Assembly: GCA_004431415.1 (NCBI GenBank)
Contig: QPMI01000044.1
Span: 1 to 64,000, forward strand
Length of the DNA stretch: 64,000 nt
Source: Cyanophora paradoxa CCMP329
Lineage: Eukaryota; Plantae; Glaucophyta
Reading direction: 5' to 3'
How positions within the stretch are numbered: the first letter of the stretch is position 1; each line of letters begins with the position of its first letter. Both the position numbers and the translations under genes were made by a program. Shown here piece by piece: positions 24,400-34,029 of this stretch. The notes under the pieces are model-generated. The model had not been told where the DNA came from, did no database searches, and was given only the letters and a program-made list of their open reading frames with translations.

Positions 24400-25741
24400 G
24401 TGGCCGACCTGTACCCCCCCTCCGCGTCCCCCGCGGCGACGGCCCGTAAGCCCGTACCCCTCCCCAACCCGCTCCCCATCCCCGGCCTCCCGCAGCACCA
24501 GCAGCCCCTCCAGCCCGGCTCCCGATGCCCCCTCCCCTTCCCCCCTCTCCCTTCTCCCTTGATGGAGTACCCCCCGCAGCTTCCGTATCGCGTACGTGAT
24601 CTGGACCCGTCGCGGACCTCATGTGCAGGCACCCCCCCCTCCCCCCCCCCCCCCCCCCCGCCCCTTTCCTCTCGCACCCTCTCCGCCTCCACTCGACGCT
24701 GCTTCCGCCTGCCCATCTCTTGCTTTCATGTCTTAGCTGAGTCTCCTCGCCCGCAGCGGCCGCCCTCCCAGCGGCGGCGCCCCCGCCCTCCCCCCCGCCT
24801 CCACCCCGCCTCGGCTCCACGCTCTCTCCGCCGCCAGGCAAGGCCGCCGGACTTGTACCCCCCGGCCGTCGCTCACGCACCCCCAGGTGGACGGGTACGG
24901 ACCTCGGCGCGCTTACGGACTTCGACGCCGCCAGCGCCATCCGCGCCGACCGCCCCCACGTCCTGTTACCCCCCTTCGAGCCCCGTACCCCCGCCGCCTC
25001 CGAACCGCACCCTTACCCGAGGTGGACTTGAACGGGTACAGCCGCGGGGCCCGCAAAGAGGTGCTCGCCACCCCACACCGCCCCGATCCAGATCCGAGCC
25101 CCTCGGAACCCCGTACTCCCTCCGACCCCTTCGTAGATCACTGCCTTGGCTTACTGGGTACCTGAACGCCGCCTTCATGCCCCACACGATCGCTGACCCC
25201 GCCGCCGTATATGTACCCCCCCAGCTCCGCCGCGGCGCCTTTTCCGAGCGCCTCCCCCTCATGCCCCGCTCCTTCCAGGCCCGCTGTACCCCTGTCCGCT
25301 CTATCTTTAGCTTCGGCTGATGAACCCCGCAGCCTGGCAGGCGGCCTCGCACTCGGGGGCGAACGCCGGCGGCCCTCCGACGACGCCGCCGCCGCCGCCG
25401 GCCTACCGCCCGACGCCTTCGTGAGCGATCCCGTACCCCCCTCCCGCCCCCGGATCACCGTAACCCCCAGGTCTTCGCCAACTTCGACTTCAACGCGCTC
25501 TACCGCCACGATCCCGCACTCGTCGCCGTGCTTCCCGGTACCCCCCTCTCAGGTTTCGCTCGCTGCGGAGCTCAACGCGACGGGCGTCCCGCTCCGCCGG
25601 CCGGTACACCCCTCGGGCGGCCGCGGCGCCCGCCTGCGCTTCGCGCCGCCCCTGCCGAAGGCCGCCCACCTCTCCCGCCTGCCCCTCGAAGACCCCTCCC
25701 TGAGGTTGGCAGAGCGATCTAGATGCTCAGAGAAGCTCTGA
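24400..25741 (+). CDS. Putative spliced gene of unknown function
   Basis: Protein-like segments (DPFVDHCLGLLGYLNAAFMPHTIADP; VFANFDFNALYRHDPALVAVLP) separated by GTACCCC...CAG intron-like stretches. Confidence 0.3.
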
Positions 25742-26818
25742 GCGGCCGCCCGCAGCGCGTGCAGCACGGCGGCCGATGCGCTCTAGATCTGGGCCGGCCT
25801 GCCCCTCCTCTCCCTTCCCCTCGCCCTCCTCCGTGCGCCCTTCCGATCTGCGATGCGAGGCGGCGACCGAACGAACTCCGAAACGCAGCGACGCGCGTGG
25901 CGGCGCCCTCGCTGCACGCCGCCGGCCTCCCCTCCCTCGTCTCCGAGAGGTCCGTATCCGCTTTGCCTGCTTCCAGGAAGGCAGCGCTAGCCCGCCGCTC
26001 CTGAGGCCCGCCGCAGGCGGCGGCCCTCGCCGCCGCGGCCGCCTCGGACCTGCCGTCGATCCGCGAGCGGTGCGCTCCTTCGTCCGCGTGCGCATCTCAC
26101 GAGCTCAATGATCAATGAGTGAGTCGCACGACCAGGCTGCGGGCGGGGCGCGGGCGGGGCGGCGGGCAGCGCGCTACTTCGACGCGGCGGGCCGGGCGCG
26201 GGCCGCGGAGGCGGCCTACCCCCCATCGCCTCCGCCTCGCCAAGGTTCAGTGAGGCGATCGCGAAGACCGGCCGAGCGCGCGGGTCGAGCTCGAAGCCGG
26301 GGGGCGGGGGGCTCGAGCACATAGTGTCGCCCGCACTAGCTAGCCTCCCGCAAATAGTTTCGGCACTGAAGTTGGAGGTGCGCGTGGAATTTTCAAGACC
26401 TGGAGGGCAGGGGGACGTCGACCGGGGGCGGGGGAACTGGGAGCGGTAGGGCCGGATACCGCTCCGGTCGCCCGCGCCATACCCTGAAGAAATTCAAACT
26501 TGAAACTGAACAGATGAACCGGCTTTGATTTCATTAGGGCGCCGGCATACCCATGGCCATGTGCACGCTGGTCTATACACGGGCATGGCGATGCCTGCCA
26601 TATGCATGCCCCTTCGTGGGCATCCCCATGGGCATAGGGGAGGGTACCCTCAATTACCCCCCATTTCGAGGGGACTCCCTTGCGAAAGTCCCGTCAAAAT
26701 CCCTCCCCCTCGAATTCCCCCTCCCTCCCCTCCCTCCCAAACTGCCCGTTCCTTTCCCTTCCTCCGCGGCCGTCCTTTCCCTCGGCCGCTTGCAGCACCG
26801 TCGAGCGAAGCGAGGGCT

Positions 26819-26891
26819 GTTCTTTAATACTACAAATCACAGTCTTACAGGGTGAACTAGTTCTTTATTACTACAAATCACAGTTTTACAG
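26819..26891. repeat. Two 32-bp direct repeats, 41-bp period
   Basis: gttctttaatactacaaatcacagtcttacag (26819-26850) and gttctttattactacaaatcacagttttacag (26860-26891), 2 mismatches. Confidence 0.9.
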
Positions 26892-27380
26892 CGTGGACCA
26901 GTTGCTCAGGTGCACATTCAAATAGCTATATATAGGGAATACCTAAATACAGCATGTTTACATCGATGCATGTGCGCATGTATACAGAGCACGTATACAT
27001 GCATGTGCGCACGTATACATGTGCATCGGAAAATGCCTGAGATCTAGATCTGCATCCGACATCAAAATGGTTTGTGCGGGAAACCTAAGATGTATCTGTG
27101 AAAGCTAGAATAAATGGAGATGCAAAGGAAATATCGCGAAAGAAACTAGACGTTAACGCTGAACGTCGACTGCCATCTAACACGAAAGAGAAAACATGTA
27201 GCTATAGTGCACAACAGAAACGCCTCGGCGTTTTTTTATTGTCGATGTCCGCCGGGTTTCCAAGTTGGCAAAAGCGCCTCCCGCCGCGCGAATGTCGCCG
27301 AGGGCGCAAACCTGCAGCCGCGGGTTTTGTGCGTGGCATTTAAAAGGGCGCAGAAGAGATCTGGAGCCAGTGAGCACCTT

Positions 27381-30300
27381 TTAGAGGCTGACGACACGCG
27401 GATTCTTGACTGTGCCATTTGAATCCTTGTTCGTCTCGGAATTCGAGCCGTTGATGTTGATATCGATGACTGCGTCCTTCGGGTTGTACATGTTGCTTGA
27501 AGGCGCCGGCGTTGCCTTGCGGCTGTGCCGGGAAATGCTGTCAGCAGATTGCCAGGATATAAATACCTGCCAATCAAAAAATGTACCGGTTGGCCTTCCG
27601 CACAACGACGAAGTACCACGCCAGCCCGGCTATAACGGCCACACCAGCGACCGAAAGAACAACAGGCAGGATAATCGCGATCTGAGATGAGTGAGTTTCG
27701 TTCGCGTCTCAGCCAAAGAGGGGCGCGAATATCGCACCTGATTTGTGCCCGACCCCGATCCCGCCTGCGTTCGTCCTCCGTTCGAATTGGGTACGACTCC
27801 AGAAGAAGACGGCAGGGGCGACGGGAACGCCACCGTCGCCGTGTACCCACTTCGCACCCGCTTAGAATTCGACAAGAGCAGATTCAAATGGTGTTTGGAT
27901 CCTTACATGAGAAGGTTCCCCGAGCTTGCAGCCGCCCTGAGTGCATTGGCGACCTGGTCAATCCAGTCGTTGTTGGCTTCTGTCGGAAGCAGATTTAGAA
28001 GCAAAGTTCGACGTTCAGCACAACCGAGAGTTGTTCGCGAAATTTTCAGGCTCACGGTCGCCAGGGATGATATTAACGTTGATGATCGAAGCGGGGATCT
28101 GGCGCAGCCTGCGATACCATAAGAGAGGTCTAAGGCGGCAGAAGCAGCTGATCGCATTCGAGTTTGACGGAAGGACGCACATGCGGCGGGCAGCGTCGCC
28201 CTCGGAACACCGAAGGTTGCGGAACTTCACGAGCGTGGCTGACATCGAGACGCGTCTGCAGTAAAGAAGCTTAGAGCTGAACGCGCGATTGGATGGCCCC
28301 GACATATTCATGCTAGAAGCTTAAGCACGTACGCAGCGAGCTTGGCGCGAATGTCCTCGAGCGTTCCAGAGGAAATAACGCGGCAGTCGACGGAGGATAC
28401 GGTGAGAACGAAAGGAAAATACGAAGAGCCGATGCCTGTTGGGGCAAGAAATGATAATGGAAGTGGAAAGTCGCGTAAGCAAGGCGCGCGCGAAAGGCGC
28501 ACGGCCGAGGGAGATCTGATCCTGCAAGATGATGTTGAAGACGCTCCGGTCAGCGGACGTAACCGCGCCTTGGCTGTACGAGGCTCAATACGAGTATGCA
28601 TATGATTGTTTACGTAGTTCCAGCAGACGCACTACAAAGGCAGTTTGCCAGCGAGAGCGCCGGCAGTGAAGCCAAACTGCGCTCAAATCGTACGTTATGC
28701 CAAACTGCGCTCAGAAGAGCGAACAAACGCACCCCAGGCGCGAAGATGCCACTGATGTTTGCAACGATGTCATCGACTGTGGCGCTGGAGATTTCAGGGG
28801 GCGCTCCTTGTAGCATCGGCTTCAGCGTGTTAACAAAGAACTAGGCGAAAAGTTAGCGAATGTTGCGGGATCTGGGCTGGGATCAAATCAAACCAGACCT
28901 CAGCGTTCTGCTTGCGAAGAACTGGGACGTCGGCGGCGTGAAACACAAACGCCTGCGAATGTGTTACGTTGCCAGTTGCGGCCGCGGCCGCCGGGGCCGA
29001 GGCCCGCCATCATGTCGAGACAAGCTCACCTCTGTGTTTCCATCGGTCACGTTCTTGCCGGGTGTCCACGTTCCCACGTGCGGCGCAACCTGCAGTCAAG
29101 GTTCGCAATTACGATACCTCAAGGGTGCGGTTGCGAGAGCCGCGGTGCGCATGCGGACCTCGGCGGTCTTGCCCGAACACCCCGCGTTTCTGACAAGAAT
29201 CACAGCGCCCTCGTGGTGGACGCCTTCCAGGACCTGCAATCAATAGCAATAAAGACTATAAGCTCCAAGCCAGCGAAGTAGCCGCTGAGCAATCGATCTG
29301 ACCTCCAGGACAAATCGGCCGGCACCGCGCTGATAGTCCGCCCAGAGCGCGCGGTGGAAGGAGCGGACGGCCCAGGTCGTGGCATTCGAGGGGATGCCGT
29401 ACACGCCGGGGTTCTCAATGGTCATCTTGACGTGACCGCAGCCCTGCAGAAGGTACGCAATATCATGGCGCTGGCGGCACAAAGTTGAGTCGACGTCGGG
29501 AGTACCATGTACTCGGGCGTCGCGGAGTGGGTGAGAACGGCCGGACGCAGCTTGGCCGGCGGATTGTAAGGCCGAACGCCGGCGTAATCCACGCCAAGCG
29601 CTGAAGCGATGGCATTAACGCTAATTCGATCGGTGTGCATATAGAATTGTCTGCCAAGAAGTCAGAATGGCCGGCCTGTCGGGCGTTCAATTTCCAGTTC
29701 GAATTCATTTTTTGCGGACCGGGTCCATGGGATAGTGTAGTGTGCGGAGTAGAGGTCGACGAGCGCCTGCATTGTGTCCTCGTTCGGTACATCGAACTGC
29801 AGAGACTGCGGTGAGAGGCTAGAGAATCAACTGCTTTCGCGGGCCTACGGACCCCCCTCTTCATGAAAGAAGCAACTCCCAGCAGGAACTCGGAGATGGT
29901 ACCGCCCGGTGTCCCAAGAATGGCCTTGGTCGAGCGTCCGTCTGCGGGGGCAGAATGCGTCAATAAAGTGCAGCCGGGAAGCTTCTGCACGCGCGCACCA
30001 ATACACGACCAGGTGTGGCGGGCGACATCGACGATGGCGGGCGTGCCGATGTGCGCCGTGACGTGATCAACAGTGAGGATTTTCCAGAGCTTAGCGGGAT
30101 CGTCCTCCTTTGACGCGGCGACGACGCTGGATGTCACGTCCGTCGCGCCACAGTTCTTCTCGTTCTCCGGCTTCGCGATAAGGCTCTTGTCGTCCGGCAG
30201 ATCCAGCGAGACGGTCTTGTAGCCGGCCATACCCTGGACCGCGGGCCCCTGGACCGCGAGTGAGTCCGTTGAGCGATTGGCTGCCAGCCTCCCCGCCGTG

Positions 30301-31061
30301 TAAGTGAGGCCGCCGGCAAACATGGTGGTCATCTCGGTGCGGATCTTGGACGAGGCACACTCGTCGGACTCCCCAGCGCCGAGCTTCGTTTTGTGGGTGC
30401 AGAAGAACCGGACCTGCGCAGGCACTTGTTGTTGAGAGACTGCGCATTGCAACGTACGCTTGTAAGCGTATCGACTTCGCGCACGAACGACTGTCGGATG
30501 AAGTCGAGCGCATCGGCGTGGTAGAGGAAGACCTGACTGCGGATTCGGAATAGAGCGCGTCAAAAGAGTGTAAACGTTCATATGTGTGTTGAGCGCAGAT
30601 GAGACGCGGAGCTGCGCATGCGAACCCAACTTCGGGGACATTCGGAGTGAAAGTAAGAACGGAATCTGACGAGGGTTCGGATTAAACACTTCGGCAAGAG
30701 AAACGAATTCGATGTATGATTGCAATTGCATGCCTCCCGTGGCCTTGGTCTGGAAGACGACGAGCACGGAACCCTCCGCGTGGTCGCCCGGGAGGACCTG
30801 CCGATCCACGGCGCCCGTTCCCGCGCGCCGGTCGCGCCACAGCGATCGATAGTAGGCCTTGATGACGCTGCGCGTCAGATCGGCGGAGGTTCTGTAGATG
30901 TCCGGGTTCTTCAGCGTGAGCTGCGTGAAAGGATGAGCCCATTGCTGATCATGAAGCCCGCAAAGTCATGGCCAAGTGCGGGCCTTCAAATGACCGCAGC
31001 CGTGCGTTTCCGGATCGACGACGGCCTCGAGGAGGAGCCGCTCCTCGACCTCGTTCGCCGG
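27381..31061 (-). CDS. 5'-truncated multi-exon gene: tandem zeta(CDCA)-like carbonic-anhydrase-type domains with a C-terminal TM anchor
   Basis: Splicing gives WSCI|DGR...GTPGG, QFYMHTD, GCGHVK and LEGVHHEGAVI in repeat 2, and GCGHLK and LPGDHAEGSVL in repeat 1. TM IAIILPVVLSVAGVAVIAGLAWYFVVV-RK (~27600-27680). Stop at 27381. Coding sequence ends abruptly at 31061, where AT-rich DNA begins. Confidence 0.6.
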
Positions 31062-31136
31062 CACACATATGAATATTCATATTTTAATCCCTCGGCGTTC
31101 CGCCTCAGGATTAAAATATGAATATTCATATGTGTG
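31062..31136. repeat. Perfect 29-bp inverted repeat with a 17-nt spacer at the element boundary
   Basis: cacacatatgaatattcatattttaatcc (31062-31090) and ggattaaaatatgaatattcatatgtgtg (31108-31136). Confidence 0.95.
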
Positions 31137-31138
31137 AT

Positions 31139-31390
31139 TCGATGTTATATCAATAAAATCGATTAATTTATTTGAATTTTCACATGAATTTTCATATTTT
31201 TATATGCAATTTCAATTAATTTAATCGATGTTATATCGATAAACTCGATTAATCGATATTGTATCTTAATTGTAGTTAATCGGAATTATATCAATAACTT
31301 CGATTGATCTTAATTGAATCCTAAATGAATCTAATCGGAATTATATCAATAAATTCGATTAAATCATGTTCTTTTCCGATTAAATCAATT
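31139..31390. repeat. Four degenerate ~30-bp AT-rich repeats
   Basis: TCG(ATG/GAA)TTATATC(A/G)ATAA..TCGATT at ~31139, ~31226, ~31280 and ~31336. Confidence 0.85.
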
Positions 31391-31660
31391 AAATATTTAA
31401 CTTTGTTACCATAAGTGGTCTAAGTTGACTCACTTTTCATAAACATTTTGAACTCTTAGTCTCCTTGAATTTCTTAAGATGACTCAACTTAGTCAACTTA
31501 GTCAACTTTGTTACCATAATCAATCAGGGTGGACTCACTTTTAGATCAACTTTGAAATTTCAAGCAAAATCAACTTTGATTTCAAAAGTGGATCTTCTAA
31601 GTGGACTCAAAATGTTCACTTTGTGATACATGTTAGCTCAAATCCTTACTGTTTATGGTC

Positions 31661-31773
31661 AGGGTTGACTAAGTGGGGGAGTTGACACATTTTTTGAAAT
31701 CCTTTTTAGAAAACTTTTGGTCCCAAATATTTCCTGTGAAATTTGAGTCAACTCAACCCACTTAGTCAACCCT
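31661..31773. repeat. Imperfect ~30-bp inverted repeat within a GTTGACT/AGTCAAC motif cluster
   Basis: agggttgactaagtggg... (31661) and ...cccacttagtcaaccct (31773); the outer 17 bp are perfect. Confidence 0.9.
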
Positions 31774-32064
31774 TGCATTGAATTCGTAACAAAATCCATA
31801 TACTATTACTACTTTTACGATTAATATGAGTCAACCTTGAGTCCACTTTAATATAAATATTATATAATAGGGGAATCAAGGGAGATGCTTATAAACATAT
31901 GAATTATTGAGCCTATGATACTTACATCGTCAGGCAGGCCTCGTTAAGAGGATTCCGAATCTGTTTTTGGTTTTGTCACATGATGAGTTGGTGAAGAGAT
32001 ACATGCATTTTAGTGTTTTGTATGTGGTTTAATGATATGATGTCATAATGCATGGGTTTTCGTC

Positions 32065-32163
32065 AACAGTTAAATGAACAGTTAAGTGGACACCGTTTCA
32101 CGATAAACGAGTAGACACTGCCTACTCCCAACAGGTGTCCACTTAACTGTTCACTTAATTGTT
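32065..32163. repeat. 30-bp inverted repeat (28/30 match)
   Basis: aacagttaaatgaacagttaagtggacacc (32065-32094) and ggtgtccacttaactgttcacttaattgtt (32134-32163); a partial third copy at ~32252. Confidence 0.92.
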
Positions 32164-32641
32164 CGCAATTTGCTTCATTGTCTTTCAATAGCTTTCCCGC
32201 ATATCTTGTTTTCAATTGTTGTTGCAGTACACTATTACAATAGTTGTCTCGTTAACTGTTCACTTATCTGTTCGCTGCGGAAAAAAGACGATGACGGACG
32301 TGTTATGTTACGAAATGATGTCATAATGACGATGCATATGTATATGATATATATGACACACCATCGAACTCGGGAGATCATGACGATCACGGCGATATAT
32401 ATATGTTATGTGTTTATGATACATCATTATTACATCATTATGATGCATCATTCCGAAATCTCGAAAAATCGATAATCGGCATCTTCAAACGCTTGTATCT
32501 CATCACCAGATTATCAAATCGCAACGTTCTGCATATCGCTGTGAAGCGCTTGAAAAGATCTACAAGACAATGTGTATATCATATGCATATATGTATATCA
32601 GTCATACATATATTTGGAAAAACGAGTTTTCGGCTAGCAAA

Positions 32642-34026
32642 CTAGCTAGTTTTGGTCCTCTCTCTTAGTGTTCTTTGAGGTTTAGGGGCTGTATATGACT
32701 CCTTAGTAGTCTGAAAGTCACTATACCATCTCTGGCTATTCACTTCTGAAAGTTTCTGTGTGCCTGCTATGGTGAGCTTTTTGAGTTCCCTATTAACTTT
32801 CCCAGCCTTCTCCTTCCTAGCCTCTATCAAAGGCTTATCTGGGACTTCATTAGCAGCTTCTATGCCTTCTCTCCTTATAGCAGCATCAACCCTAGCTTCC
32901 TCTTTAGCTTGCTCTAAGGCATCTACTGTAGGGTTTCCAGATACTCAACTGCATTCACAGGCAACAGCTCATGGAAAGCAAACCTGTTATCTATGATCTC
33001 TCCAGTGGGACTCTTTAGCTTAAACTTAAAGCCTTCCCTACTATCAACAGTGTAAACCATCCTAGACCAATTGTTACCCTGTTTAGCAAAGGGGTTCTTC
33101 TCTACTTTCACTCTAACAAACATGCCAGGCTGCATGGTATCAAGATAAGCTATTGATTTCTTGAATCTTTCATCTTCTAATCCTACTATATACCTATAAT
33201 GCTCCTCTGTAGTTTCACCTGGCTTCATCTTAGTAGCTGAGTGAACTGTATTATTGTAATTAAACTCAATATCACCCAACACATCAAAGAATCTAGCTGT
33301 GTTATTAGCTATGCAGTAGTTTGTGATCAATCTCTTAATCTGCTTGTTAAAGGCTTCAATTCGACCTTGGCTCCTATGGTCTGCAGTTCCACTCACTTGG
33401 TGTTCTATGTATTTACTAGATAAATACTCCTGGAATATTCGATTTTGGAATTCACTCCCAGCATCTGATTGAACTTTTACTATGGGTCTTGCTACTCTCA
33501 TCTCAAGCTGTTTAAATGCAGCTAATGTAGTGAGAGCTGATTTATCTCTTATAGGTATGATATACCCAGTTCTCAGTGTGGATTCCATAGCAGTCATAAA
33601 GGTATCATAGCCATTGTTTTGTTTCTTATAAGCTGGGAAAAAGAGCAAATCAATCACATAGGTATCAAGGGGTTGCCTAATTGGGACCATGGGATCTCTC
33701 TTTCTAGATATAGCAGGTGCATTGATCTGAACAACTTCCTGTTTTTTATAGAACTCTTGCAACTGCTTATAGGATTCATCTGGTAACTCAGCCCTCATAG
33801 CTTGAAGCCCTTTGTAACCAGTTCTCACATCATAGAATCTCTTGGCAATCTTGCTAGTTTCTTTCACTGCAATAGCAACTGGGATCTCTACTGGGACAAG
33901 CTCTTTCATCTCAGACTTTTTGACAATTCGAGATTCCCCTTTTTCCTCCTTTGGAACTGTGATAGGCAGTAGGTTACCTTGCAGTTGCTCAGTGGTTCTC
34001 CTTACTATTCTTCCAGTTGCTGGCAT
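32642..34026 (-). CDS. Polinton-type retroviral-like (rve/DDE) integrase, with one frameshift near 32940
   Basis: DDE residues in YVIDLLF, VQSDAGSEF and GRIEAFNKQIK; YNNTVHSATKMKP; SH3-like C-terminal region (PGMFVRV...WS..VYTV). The reading frame continues in another frame to the stop at 32642. Confidence 0.9.
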
Positions 34027-34029
34027 CTC

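Noticed and set aside
26819-26891. CRISPR-like repeat
   Set aside because: Only two copies with a 9-bp spacer, no cas genes, eukaryotic context
31139-31390. CRISPR-like array beside the element
   Set aside because: Units are degenerate and the spacers are irregular and low-complexity
32170-32645. Small ORFs in the element's non-coding end
   Set aside because: Met/His/Ile/Tyr-biased translations of simple ATG/CAT repeats
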